IMG/VR virus record: IMGVR_UViG_3300034091_000306
Source of the DNA: an uncultured virus (IMG/VR IMGVR_UViG_3300034091_000306)
Taxonomy: Duplodnaviria; Heunggongvirae; Uroviricota; Caudoviricetes
Length of the DNA stretch: 64,000 nt
Direction: 5' to 3' (one strand)
Below are positions 49,351-60,625 of the stretch, piece after piece. Both the position numbers and the translations under genes were made by a program. Under the pieces are notes generated by a model that saw nothing but the letters and a program-made list of their open reading frames with translations, did no database searches and was not told the DNA's origin. The first letter of the stretch is position 1, and every line of letters starts with the position of its first letter.

Positions 49351-50859
49351 GACGCCTTCTCCTGAAATGTGATCTTCACCTCGACACGACAGAGGGCGCC
49401 GCCGACGTTGGCAAGGCAGCGCCACGTGCCATCCCCCATGAGCACGGCTTTGCCGATGTAGCGAATGCCTTTAGCGTCGACGTGCCCATCGACGTCGAAT
49501 TCGGTCTGCGTTCGAAGCTCGAGCTGAGTCATTTCGCCCTCTTCTTCGTCGGGCGCATCTTGCATTCGGGACATGAGTGCTTCTTGCACATCGGAAGATC
49601 GCCGTCGGGATCAGGATGATCGGCTACGACCGGTTCGCGGCAGTGGATGTCGCCGCCGTCGTCACCTTCGGCGCACCGTTCGTGCGGCGTTCTCACTTCG
49701 TCTCCCTTCGTCAGAAGATCAAGAACCGCGCGAACCTGCTCAATCAGCTTCTCCGCGGAGTCGGGTCGAAAGAACACTTGGAGCGGCTTGTCACTGACGC
49801 CGTGGATCTTCAAGCAGACGCGGGGCGGCTTTCGAGTAAGACCGACCTGCCAGCCGCCTACCTTCGTCTCTCGATCCCAGGGACGACCGCGATCTTTGAT
49901 CGTTTGGTCACAATTCACCTCGCAGAAGCTTCTTTCGAAAAGCCGTCGACGCTCGTCGACGCTCGTCGCTGACTGGGCCGGCGTCGTACTGCGTCTCGTC
50001 GATGTCGTAAGCCGCGAAGCTCTCAGGAACAGGAACGGCTACGTACGGACCGCTTGGATTCTCGTTGTTCGACACGAACGCTTCAAGCTTGGCCGCGCGT
50101 TCGGTGAAGGTGAAACATCCTGGTCCTTGCTGGTAGCACCAGTCCAATAGCCCGCTCGGTCTTCGAAAGGCGATGCCCCAACCTTGTTGCTTAGGTTCCA
50201 TGAGCGGAGCGAATTTGTAGTTGCTCATCGCCCCGCTCCATCCGTCCACGACAAGATCGATCGCGCGAACGCGCGCGCCTCCACAGGCAACAGGTAGGCC
50301 TCTGCTACTCGCCCCCCAGAGCTAACTGTGATGCGTGCAACGGTCATCCCGTCGATGACGTCGAACGAGATCACAGCCGTTTCGATAGCGGGACGATTCG
50401 GATTTGGAACCAGATCCATTCGAAGGTTCATCGCGTCCCCGCATCGCTCGAATCGAGCAGCTTCACCTCACACGCGACGCCGAAGTCCCCGGCGGCGACG
50501 TAGAGGACCTGTCCACGATCGTCGATCGTTCGGTAGACGCGGCAGTCTTGAACGTGCGCGACGAGGACGGCCTTGGGCAAGTTCTCGCGCGATCTCTCGT
50601 TCGCGTCGATGTGGAGATAGAGCCCGCTAAGACATCGATGCCTCGTTGAAAAAAAATAGATTACGCACCCCCACGACACTGCGCAGATGAACGCAAACGC
50701 GGGCGAGCCGATCCAACCTTTCTTGCGGCATTCGAATCGTCGCAGACATTCGATTCTGCTGTCATCAAGCATCTCAAGTCCTCCTGTCGTGAATCCGATC
50801 TTGATCAGACCGTTCGTTGCACGAAGAACGTATGAGATGCCTACTGAGCGCCTCATCGA

Positions 50860-51093
50860 TCATCGTGCCCCTGCCGCCCCGACTTTCTTCGCCCCACGCA
50901 TCTTCAGTGCATGCTCGAGACCGCGCAGCGCCATTTCGATGACGGTGCCGGCGGTGATCGAGTCGTGATCCTCGGGACGAAATTCCTCAGGCGCCGAGTC
51001 AGCGCCGTGCTTCACGAGGTGCTCACGTACCTTCTGCAATCGATCAGCGTGCGCACGCGAAACGGTGATCGAGACGAAGTCTTTCGGCGGCAT
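50860..51093 (-). CDS. small putative DNA-binding regulator
   Basis: VSITVSRAHADRL...TAGTVIEMALRGL (RHH-like), heads a minus-strand run of small ORFs. Confidence 0.45.
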   Translation of the reverse strand: MPPKDFVSITVSRAHADRLQKVREHLVKHGADSAPEEFRPEDHDSITAGTVIEMALRGLEHALKMRGAKKVGAAGAR

Positions 51094-51494
51094 GAAGGTA
51101 CCGTACCGATTACCGTTGCGTACGTCAAGTACTGTCTGCTAAGGTACAAAAACGCCTGAAAACGCGCGAGGCGCGAGGGAGATGACATGATCACCGGCTA
51201 TGCCGACCACTACGAAGACCCCGAGAAGAAGCCTGAAAACCCGCGGGAAGCGCTGAGCGAGCGTGAACGCGCGCTCTGCGGGCGTGTGATTGATCTCGCG
51301 GCGCTCCTCCTCGTCACTGACGTCAAATCACTCGAGAAGATCGCGGCGTTCCTCCTCCGTGAGGGAGGAAACTCGAAGGTCTTCGCAGTCGCCGAGGAGA
51401 CCGTGCGCGAGGCGATGGACGTGCGTCTGGAGTGAGATCAGCTGTGGGGGCTCGAAGCCTCACGACCGATAGCCTACACTTATCGGATCCAACC

Positions 51495-52496
51495 ATGAAC
51501 GACCCGATCGACTCGAAGAACAACCTCATGACGGGAGTGAGCACATCTCTCGTCGTCGAGAACCTCGAAACCCTCGTTGCGGGAGTCAAAGAGCTCGTCG
51601 ACGCCGCCGACGCAGGCGCGACAACGCGCGCGTACGCCGCCGACTGGCGAGTTTTCGAGGCGTGGTGCACTTCGAAGCGACTTCCCGTGACGTTGCCCAT
51701 CGATCCCGACATCGTCGCGACGTACCTGCGCGCCCTCTACAACCGAGGCCGGAAGGTGAAGACGATCGAACGGGCACTTGCCGGCATCGTGCATCGTCAC
51801 CGCGCCGCAGACGCGGAGTGGTTGACCCCCGATCGCATCCGTAGGGAAATTCGAGGCATTCGGAAGACGCGCCGAAAGGCAGGTGAGCGTCCCACCAAGA
51901 AGACCGCGCTCACGAAAGACAAGCTTGTCACGTTTCTCGCGCAATTCGGCTCGAAACTCATCGATTTACGTGATCGAGCACTCCTCCTGCTGACGTGGGA
52001 CACCGCCTCACGCGAGTCCGAGACCGTAGGCCTCGAGATCACCGACATCACCTTCGTTCCTCAGCAGGGCCTGGTGATCGAGCCGCGCTCAACGAAAACC
52101 GATCAGGAGGGGAAAGACAGCGCACAAGCCGTCGAATTTGCAGCCGATCCTGCGCTGTGCCCGATCGTTGCCCTTCGCGCATGGCTCGAGGCCGCAAACA
52201 TCACCGAAGGGCCTATTTTTCGTCCGATCACCAAGCAGGGGAAGGTGCAGGCGACGCAGCTGTCGACGCGCGCGTTCCGTGTGATCGTCAAAAAACGCGC
52301 CGCTGCCGCGGGATTTGATGCCGCGACGTTCAGCGGCCACTCCCTTCGCTCGGGGTGGATCACCGAAGCGCGACGCGCTGGACGTGACATGACGGCGATC
52401 ATGAGCCGCTCGAAGCACAAGAGCGAGGCGATGGTCCGCGAGTACATCCACTACGAGGATCTCTTCAAGAAGAACGCCTCGAAGGGGCTCCTCTGA
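51495..52496 (+). CDS. tyrosine recombinase/integrase (Cre-like)
   Basis: TTRAYAADW N-terminal domain; RDRALLLL...SRESE, STKTDQEG, FSGHSLRSGW, HKS..MVREY: R-K-H-R-H-Y catalytic set. Confidence 0.93.
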   Translation: MNDPIDSKNNLMTGVSTSLVVENLETLVAGVKELVDAADAGATTRAYAADWRVFEAWCTSKRLPVTLPIDPDIVATYLRALYNRGRKVKTIERALAGIVHRHRAADAEWLTPDRIRREIRGIRKTRRKAGERPTKKTALTKDKLVTFLAQFGSKLIDLRDRALLLLTWDTASRESETVGLEITDITFVPQQGLVIEPRSTKTDQEGKDSAQAVEFAADPALCPIVALRAWLEAANITEGPIFRPITKQGKVQATQLSTRAFRVIVKKRAAAAGFDAATFSGHSLRSGWITEARRAGRDMTAIMSRSKHKSEAMVREYIHYEDLFKKNASKGLL

Positions 52497-53715
52497 TGAA
52501 CGAGATCCCGCCCGGCTTCGAAGACGTGCTGTCTAGCTACGGACCCGTCCTCATCGACATGGACTGCGGGGAACCGATCGCGTGGGGCTTCAAGATCCAC
52601 AAGTATCTCGGTCCAGAACGCTTCGAATCTCTGCGGAAATTCGGGCATTTGCAGTGCATCGTGATGGGTGAATGGGCGCTTGTTACGAAGTGGCTGACGC
52701 CCGATGAGGCACGCGCGAAGTACGGCGAGGTGACGAGGATCGAGACGGGCCCGCAGGGTGGATTTCGATCGGTCACCTACGGGATGCGAACGTTCATGAA
52801 CAGGCGGATGCGCCCGTCTCGCGGACATCGCTCGCCGCGAAGAACCTGAAGGCGAAGAAGTTCTGGGCGGCGGTCTGTGCGACGTGCCGGATGCTCCAGA
52901 GCGTCGAAGATCATCAGCGTGCGATTCGTGCGCTCTACAAGAAGATCGAACAGCGAAGGATGCGAGGTCTTTGAAGCCCATGACGCAGAAAAACGCTGAA
53001 AAAACCAAGGCGCGCGCGCTTCAAGAGCGCACGGGGTGGACCTATCAAGAGTGCCTCCTCCGCGTTCGTACGCTGACGCCGGAGGCGCTCGACATCCTGA
53101 TCAAGGTGCGTGCGGGGAGCGCATGACGACGAAGCTTCTCCACGACAACTGCATCGGTTGCCTTGCGCAAACGGAACACGATGCAACAGACGCGGTGCTC
53201 GTGCTTGTCTCCGTACTCTACAGCGGAGACCTCGAGATCAGCGATATTTACGGGGATTTGTGCTTCCTTCACCGCCGTATCGTTGACGGCGCAGCGAAGG
53301 AGATTCTTGAGGAGAGGAAGAGACGATGAGCCGACCGATCAAGGAACGCACTACGAGCTGTGCTGTCTGCACGAAGATGATCACGTTCGAATCCGTGACG
53401 TCGCCGCATCCTGAGGCGCCGGAGCTGTTTCGCATGATGCATGGATCGATCGCGTGGATCGGGCTCACGAGCGGTGCGAACAGCGATCACGCGAGCGTGA
53501 TCATGTGCTGCGACGGCGACTGCGTACAGAAGCTACTCGCAGAACAATACGATCCGAAGGCGACGATCGATCGCTTGATCGAGGAAAGAGGACTCGACGG
53601 CGCAGCATGGAAAATCCTAGAAAACGCACGTGAGTGCCTGCGACAGATTCCAATCGACAGCCCGATGTGGCTCGACATGGTGGAGATCTTCAAACGACGT
53701 GAAGAAATGCAAGTT

Positions 53716-53742
53716 GACCGACGAGGCACCCACAGTGGGGGG
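53716..53742 (+). repeat. dispersed motif, copy 12 (in frame in ORF 53326..53841)
   Basis: GACCGACGAGGCACCCACAGTGGGGGG. Confidence 0.95.
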
Positions 53743-55024
53743 CTGCGGCGTTGTCGGGGGTGGGGGATTTACGCGATGGCTCAGTGCTCAGAGCTTGGAG
53801 TGCATGATTTCGTCGCGGTTAGTGCGAAGGAGGAACCGTGATCGCGCGCGATTTCGGCCTCGCTTTGATCGTCGTCGCGCACAGCAAGGGCCTCGTCCTT
53901 TGCTACGACGGGCCCGATTTCCTCAGGGAGGTCATCCGGGATGACTACGTCGTCGGAGGCGAATTCACGCTCGAAAACGTCGATCACGCGCCGCTCGCAG
54001 ATGGCGTCTACGTCGGTGAGCTGCTCCTCGTCGACGATGGTCCTGGTGACTGGTCGGGCTCGCGCGAGGTCGCTTTGCAGATGCGCAACGCGCGCCCTGC
54101 GACGCTCGAAGAGTGGACCGCGCATCTGAACGGCGAGTGGGCGTGGGAGCCGTTCGTCCGTGAACCGCGGCCGAATCGAGAGCTTCCGCGATCGACACCG
54201 CGTCAGCGCTGCACAGGCTGCGGCGAGTACGCCGACGAACTGCGTCCTGATCGCTGCGCGGGTCACAATGACGCTGGACACAACGACATCGACGTCGATG
54301 AGAACGGGATGGCGATCCCACGCACGTCGACCACACCTGAAAAAGATGCCGTCGATTTTTTCGAGCGTCGGGCGCCCCTCGGAGACGACGAATGAGCCTC
54401 GAATCGATCGAAGCGAGGATCGCGAAGATCGCGCCGCTTTTGGAAACTGGCGCCATCGAAGAGGCGCTACATCTTGCGTTGATCGTCGCGACGATCGATG
54501 CGCCTGAGCTGATTGCGTGGATCAAGCGCGACCCTCCTCCGGACGTTCGGATCGACTTCTACGCCTTGCCGTACGAGACGCTCACGCGCCTCGCACACGA
54601 GAGCGGGCGCGTCTTCGAGGAAGCTTCGGCGCATGAGAGGCATGTCGGAGCACCGCTCGAATACTCGTGCTTGCCGGCGTGTGAATTTTGCCGTCGCCGT
54701 CGCGAAGAGGATTCATGAGCATCGAAGCGATCGAACAGCGACTCGCGGAGCTACAGCGCTTGTACGAGGACGAGCCTGTCGCAACCCTCTCTGACGGCGT
54801 CGCCTCCCTCGCGCTTACGATGGCGCTCGAGGACGTGCCGGTGTTGATCACGCTGCTACGTATGATCCGCCAGCGCGACGGCCTCGAACCGGGCGTCTCG
54901 ATCTGTCCGTCGAACGAAATGGATGTTCACGCGAAGGGTCTCGGCCCCCAGCACTGCGTGTCGTGTCTTCAGGCGCGTGTGAAAGCGCTCGAAGCAGAAG
55001 TTGCAACCTACAAGGAGACTGATC

Positions 55025-55621
55025 ATGTCTGAAGATGAATCGAAGCCGCTTCGTCTGAACGAGCCTGCGCCAGACTTTCTCGCTGCTGCTACGACGGGCT
55101 TTGTACAACTCGTCGACTTCGCCGGGCGCTGGCTCGTGCTGTTCTCGTACGTGAACGACTTCACGCCCGTCTGTACGAGCGAGGTCGTTGCCTTCGCGGA
55201 AAGGGCGAAGGACTTCGAGAAGCGCGGCGTGAAACTCGTAGGCCTCAGCGCGGATGGAATCCACGCGCACATCGCGTGGCTCAATAGCGACACGATGCCG
55301 GCAAAGATCCCGTTCCCGATCATCGCGGATTTGGAGGGTGAGATCGCGCGCGCTTACGGCATGGTTCATCCCGCAAGCCCGGCGAGCGGCGTTCGCTCAA
55401 GGGGCCCCGTGCGAGTGAATCGTTGCACGTTCGTGATCGATCCCGCGCAGAACGTCCGCGCGATGATCCACTACCCGATGACGGTCGGGCGCAGCGTCGA
55501 GGAGATCCTTCGCGTCGTCGACGCACTCATGTACGGCGACGAGACGGGGCTAAACACTCTCGCGAATTGGAAGGCCGGTGAGAAGGGCGTCGCTCCTCCG
55601 CCGACGACGATCGAGCGATGA
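55025..55621 (+). CDS. peroxiredoxin (AhpC/Prx family)
   Basis: APDF...WLVLFSY..DFTPVCTSE...GLSAD..H.AW...PFPIIAD...YPMTVGRSVEEILRVVDAL. Confidence 0.92.
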   Translation: MSEDESKPLRLNEPAPDFLAAATTGFVQLVDFAGRWLVLFSYVNDFTPVCTSEVVAFAERAKDFEKRGVKLVGLSADGIHAHIAWLNSDTMPAKIPFPIIADLEGEIARAYGMVHPASPASGVRSRGPVRVNRCTFVIDPAQNVRAMIHYPMTVGRSVEEILRVVDALMYGDETGLNTLANWKAGEKGVAPPPTTIER

Positions 55622-56779
55622 CGCTCTGTTCGATCTGCGGGCTTCACGAGATAGACGCGCACGAGTGGGTGCGCACGAACTGGCGATCGATCACAGGGCG
55701 CCTGGCGATTCCCCTTTCGACGGAGCAACGAGAGTGGCTTGCAGCAGCGCGAGGGGAGCGTCCCGCGATGCGGATCGGCGACTGTCTTGGCGTGGCAAGC
55801 CCGCCACTCGCCCCGTACCTTCGCGGCGCGGGGGTCGGAGCGGAGCCGCCGCGGGTCCTCTGGGATGAAGCAACGAGCCAACGCCTTCGCGATGCTGGCC
55901 TAGGCGACTTCGAGGTACATCCCCGCTGGCGCGAGGCAATGGCGACGATCGTTCGCGAGGGACCCGCCGCCGTGAGCGCCGCACGCATTGCGTTCGGTCC
56001 TGACCCCGAGGAGAGAGGCGCGAAGGGCTCGCCCGCCGCTCCAGGCAAGCCGCAACGCACTCCTGGCGAACGGCGCCCCGAGGGTGAACCGTACCCCGAG
56101 GGAGCCTGGACGGCCGCCGAGTTAGCGCCGTACCTTCGTGGCGCTGGCGTACAATCTCCTACCGACGACTTTCTGGCGCGGCACACGCCGAGCTGCCGAT
56201 GCCAGATCTGCTCAGGGGCTTACCGCGAAATGGGGCCGTCCGGCGCGCAGGCGCCTCCAGGAACGACGACCGCCTCCGAGGACGGCCCTCGGGGCGTCCC
56301 CGCGTCTGAGGGCCGCGTAGCGGCAATCGAGGTCCCGGCGAGCCCGACGTGCTCCGGAGGCCGACTGACCGCCCTGCACGGCCCCCTCGCGGGGCGGCCC
56401 TACGTTCCTGCGATGCGACCACTCTACTGCCCGATTTGTGGGCGACATCGAACGGTTAGCGTCGATCTCCGCCGGTTCCTACACACGGGGAGCGTGAAGC
56501 ATCGGCCGTGCGCTGCCTGCATGCGCACACACGGCGGACCACGCCACCACGCGGGACGGACGCCGTGAGCGCGCTCCCCCCGCCGATCGTTCCTCACCCT
56601 CACGTCGAGCTGGACAGCAACGGGAGCCCCCTCGCTTTCGCGTTCGATAACGCGGACTTGATCGACGCCGATCTCGCACGAGAGCGTGCGATCCTAGGCG
56701 TTCCTGCGACGGATCGCGTGGGGGGCGAGGGAACGATCCCGCTGTTCCAAGCCCGCGGCAGCGTAGATCCTCACCGCCG

Positions 56780-57586
56780 ATGACTTGGAAGCCGCGATCC
56801 AAACGATTTCAGCGCGTTCAGGCCCTGCAAGCGACGGTCGAATGTGCCGTCGACGCGCGGGTCGCCGCCGACGAAGCGCTCGGCGTCACGACGTCACGGC
56901 GGACGCGCCAGCGGGTCGCGGCGCTCTGCCGATGCCGGCGATGTCACCCCCCTACGACCGACGAATGCCCTGCGGTCACCGAAATCCAGAGTGAGGATGC
57001 TATCCGCGCGTCACTACAACGAAAGCGAAAGATTCTCTCCGACTGCTTCTATTGTGGAGCGGACGTCACCGCGTCCGGAGCGCGCATTCTGGACGCGATG
57101 ACACCCGCGCGCCTCGGCGGCGCGAACGATCCGCGGAACCGCGTCCCCGCCTGCCGACGCTGCGCCGCAATCAAGCAGGCGAAGACCTCGGAAGAGTACC
57201 GCGTCATTCTCGCGAAAACACGCGGGACCCCTACCGTTTTCCACGGCGAAAGCGGAGCTAGGCCGCGATGTCCCCGCTACCCGCACGACGGTGAATTCGC
57301 ATTCCGCGCGGCAGGCCGACGGGGGACGCACGCCGACTTTCCGTGCGTCCGCGGTCCGGAGCTCGTGAGGATCCTGGGGTGGACGGACGCCACGACGGAC
57401 GCCCGTGGATCGAGGATCGAAACGGCCTTCACCCCGGAATTTCTCGCGCGGATGATCGTAAAGCAGGCGCTAGTACCGCCGTTCCCGTGCGCGACGGCGC
57501 CCGAGATCACCGAGGTCGCGCCGCTCCCCTCGCCGCTCCGGCGCCGCGGGCGCAACGTGCTCCCTAGGCGATTCGTCCGTCACTAG
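56780..57586 (+). CDS. HNH-like endonuclease domain protein, active site degenerate
   Basis: CFYCG...LDAMTPARLGGANDPRNRVPACRRCAAIK; DH is replaced by DA and CN by CA. Confidence 0.6.
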   Translation: MTWKPRSKRFQRVQALQATVECAVDARVAADEALGVTTSRRTRQRVAALCRCRRCHPPTTDECPAVTEIQSEDAIRASLQRKRKILSDCFYCGADVTASGARILDAMTPARLGGANDPRNRVPACRRCAAIKQAKTSEEYRVILAKTRGTPTVFHGESGARPRCPRYPHDGEFAFRAAGRRGTHADFPCVRGPELVRILGWTDATTDARGSRIETAFTPEFLARMIVKQALVPPFPCATAPEITEVAPLPSPLRRRGRNVLPRRFVRH

Positions 57587-57643
57587 TGACTTTTCCGCGC
57601 GCAAAGCGCCGTAAACACGTGGCAAACGACCGCACGCAATAGA

Positions 57644-57669
57644 CCCCCACCGTGGGTGCCTCGTCGGTC
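57644..57669 (-). repeat. dispersed motif, copy 13
   Basis: reverse complement GACCGACGAGGCACCCACGGTGGGGG. Confidence 0.93.
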
Positions 57670-58153
57670 TCGGTGGAGCATGCGCGGGGGTCCGCCGTAC
57701 CGCGTACACGTCGGGATCGTCGTCGATTCACGCCTGCTTTCCAGGGCAAATCGCCGAGGATTCCCGCGCGCGGTCCGCATGGGCGGATCTCGCAGGATTC
57801 GCCGGATCTCGGAACGTCTCGAAATGCGCGCTCTACGCGCGGTTTTCATGCGGATCTAACCCGGATCTAGGCCGCGTTTTGCCGCATTTCCGGCGCGGAA
57901 GGTTGCTAGAAGGGTGCTAGGGGGCATTTTGGGGCGTACCGAGGCGCTCCTAGGAGGCTCCTAGTCTGCTCCGGGGACGTCGCAAGGGACGCGAGATGCC
58001 CCGAACCTGTACCGATCTGCTCCGATCGCGTTCTGCTTTCGCTCCAATTCGCCAGAATTCGCTAGCTGGCGCGCAGTTTTCGCACCTAGTGCGAAGCACT
58101 CTTCGCACTAACAGCTTGACGCGATGCAATAATATCAATGACTTGCACGTCGC

Positions 58154-58182
58154 TTGACACGGGCGAGCGTAGTGCATAACTT
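58154..58182 (+). promoter_or_regulatory. sigma70-type promoter
   Basis: TTGACA - 17 nt - TAACTT in an AT-richer patch, ~60 nt upstream of ATG 58244. Confidence 0.6.
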
Positions 58183-58243
58183 ATCCGTGGGCGAATCCTC
58201 GCCCGCCAGGGCGCGATCCGCCCGATTGCCAAGGGGACTAGCA

Positions 58244-59851
58244 ATGCACACCTACATTGTCACGAATGGGAAAGAGACCGCGCACGTGCGCGACATGGCG
58301 GCCGTCATGGCGACCGCAGAGACCCTCGCGGAGGGGGGAACCGTCGCGATCTGGGAACGGTTCGCCGACGGGGGGACGCGAAGCATGGTCAATCCGGCGG
58401 GCCACGCGCTTCCTGCGACGTTGCCGGAGCTGAAAGGCGACGTGACGGCGCCCCCGAGCGCGCCGGAGCCGGTCAAGGTGGCGCCCCCGAGCGCGCCGGA
58501 GCCGGTCAAGGCGCCCCCCGCGGCGCCCCCAAGCGCGCCGGCAGTCACGGTGCAGCGGAGCGACGTGGACGCGAGCGCGAAGGCCAGGATTGATCATCAG
58601 CAGAACGTGCTTCGGGCCGCTGGCGTGACCGGTGTGGGGTACAAGGGCGACGGCCACGACGGGGGGCAATTCTTCACGAATGGGACGCGCACCGACGTCG
58701 CCAAGATGGCCCGCGAGGCGCGCCAGCATGCGGCGCTCATGCCTTTCTCCCACGCGGCGGAGGAGCTACGCGCTCGCGTCCAGTCGGAAGGACGTCGCGA
58801 CGTGGAAGTTACCGCCCGCGACTTCGCCCGCTCGATCAAGTCGAATGGCAAGGTGACGGCGGGCGGTCTCAAGGTGACCGAGCAGGCGATCCGTGGCGTC
58901 ATCGCCCGGATCGAGTCGCCCGCGATCGGGCATCTCCTCGGCTTGCGCGACCGCATCGCGGCGGCCGTCGAGTGCGAACGCGCGAAGCCGGAAGGTGAGC
59001 GCGATTTCAGCAAGCCGCACGCCGATCGTGCGGAGCTGGCTCGGATCCTCGCGTACGAGTGCGAGCGTGCGGGAGACGTTCGGTTGCAGCTCCGCACGCG
59101 AGAGGCGCTCGGCGACATCTTTGCGATCGTCTCGCCGGGGTACGTCCCCGCGGACGCGCCGGCCGTCATCCCCGAGATCCTCAAGGCGAACCTTCCCCGC
59201 GACGCGAAAGGCTCGTGGAGCTACGATCCGGTGTCCACGCGCTGGGAGCTTACCGCGTCGATCTGGACGCCTACGCCCGCGGCGGAGATGGCGGTCGGCG
59301 AGGCGTTCAAGGGGTACGTGACTCTCGGGTCCAAAGACAACGGGGGCGGTCGGTTCAAGGGTGGGGGCGGGATCACTCTCATCCGTTGCGTGAACGCTTC
59401 CACCTATAACGCGACTACCGCGGACGTCGCCCGGCGCCACGTGGGGCGAATCATGAGCGACGTTGATCGCATGGTCGCGGGCGGGCTCAAGGCGATCGAT
59501 GCACTCTGCGTCGCGTGGGGCCGGAACCGTGCGGATGAGATCCTGCTTCCCGTCATCGCGGAGAAGCGCGTCACGATCGAGGACGCGATCCCGGGATTCT
59601 GGCGCTGGCTGCTCCGCGATCAATCGAGCGAGCTACAGGGCGTGCTTCCCGGGCGGAGCGAGGCGCACGTCACCGAGCTGACGCGGGCCTTCGCAGCGGA
59701 GCGTCGCGACCCGTCGCGGCTCGTGCGGTCCGATCTGGCGCAAGGGTTCACGCGCTACATTCAAGGGCAACCGGTGGACGTCCGTCGCGACGCAGAGAGC
59801 GCAATCGGCTCGTGGCTCGTGAACGGGAAGCCGGTAGGCTTCCGCGCCTAA
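58244..59851 (+). CDS. DUF932-like protein
   Basis: IFAIVSPGY...V.LGSKDNGGG.....G..LIRCVNA...RRHVG pattern; APPSAPEPVK tandem linker; AAGGGGAC RBS. Confidence 0.6.
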   Translation: MHTYIVTNGKETAHVRDMAAVMATAETLAEGGTVAIWERFADGGTRSMVNPAGHALPATLPELKGDVTAPPSAPEPVKVAPPSAPEPVKAPPAAPPSAPAVTVQRSDVDASAKARIDHQQNVLRAAGVTGVGYKGDGHDGGQFFTNGTRTDVAKMAREARQHAALMPFSHAAEELRARVQSEGRRDVEVTARDFARSIKSNGKVTAGGLKVTEQAIRGVIARIESPAIGHLLGLRDRIAAAVECERAKPEGERDFSKPHADRAELARILAYECERAGDVRLQLRTREALGDIFAIVSPGYVPADAPAVIPEILKANLPRDAKGSWSYDPVSTRWELTASIWTPTPAAEMAVGEAFKGYVTLGSKDNGGGRFKGGGGITLIRCVNASTYNATTADVARRHVGRIMSDVDRMVAGGLKAIDALCVAWGRNRADEILLPVIAEKRVTIEDAIPGFWRWLLRDQSSELQGVLPGRSEAHVTELTRAFAAERRDPSRLVRSDLAQGFTRYIQGQPVDVRRDAESAIGSWLVNGKPVGFRA

Positions 59852-59861
59852 GGTGAGGGGT

Positions 59862-59935
59862 GGGGGAGCGCTTCGCGGCGCTCCCCCGTCCGATCGAGCC
59901 TTCGAAACGTAACGGCGTGGAAGGCTCGATCGGGC
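59862..59935 (+). other. intergenic double stem-loop element A
   Basis: GGGGGAGCGC/GCGCTCCCCC then GTCCGATCGAGCCTTC/GAAGGCTCGATCGGGC. Confidence 0.75.
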
Positions 59936-60625
59936 GAAGGCCCGAGATAGGAGAGGAGCGACGCGCGCGAGCGCTGTAGGGGGAGAGAATCGAGAAGCGC
60001 GCGCGAGCGCGGAAGGCGGAGATCTATTTTCGAAGGGGACAATCATGGGAGCATTCGCGACAACGATCACGCGAGCGGACGCGGTTTACCTGCTGTCATT
60101 GCTCGCGCCTAGTTCAGCGTCGAGTTACGTGGAAGGCCTGGCGAGCGACGCGCGCGCCGGACGTTCGGTGATTCCTTGGTACACGACGGACGGTTGCGAG
60201 GTCGGCGCGTTCATGCGCGGCAAGCGTGTGCGCTTCTACGTGAAGGGCAACGCCCACGATGGATCGGACGTGCGCGCATGCCTCGCACGTCTCGGGGGAC
60301 GCGATGACACGAGCGAGGGGCGCGCTCACTCGCTGGAACGGGAGGATCCGTCATGACGAAAATCGAGCGAGCAAGCCAGCAAGTCAACATTGCGATCGAA
60401 GCGGTCGCACACGCGGCGCGCGAGGTCGGCGAGGTCGCTACCTGCAACCCCGGCGAACCGTGGCGCGTACCAGGCCCGGAAATGCGCGAGATGCGCGCCG
60501 CTCTCAAAGCCTGGACGGACGCGACGAACGGCTTTCTACGCCTCGTAGGACGGCCCGAGGCGAACGAACCGGAAGGGGAAGGGGGGAAGGAAGGGGACGC
60601 GCCGGTCCCCGCGTAGCGTGGCGCT

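Noticed and set aside
50428..50856. GIY-YIG/T5orf172-like start (YVLRATNGLIKIGFT)
   Set aside because: Only the first strands match and the rest diverges; probably a fragment, not called
55807..56151. LAPYLRGAGV twice in ORF 55618..56568
   Set aside because: Short internal duplication in a low-confidence ORF; no function inferable
57313..57335. Possible 14th motif copy (GGCCGACGGGGGACGCACGCC, peptide GRRGTHA)
   Set aside because: Several mismatches and no G-run end; could be chance in GC-rich DNA
2601..57669. Dispersed motif as CRISPR repeats or as the target of the pentamer array
   Set aside because: Copies are kilobases apart in mixed orientation; in a limited by-eye check the variable dinucleotides of the array did not spell the motif (not exhaustively tested)
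57590..58150. Replication origin or genome end in the long non-coding gap
   Set aside because: Plausible from position, but no iterons, DnaA boxes or terminal repeat could be identified
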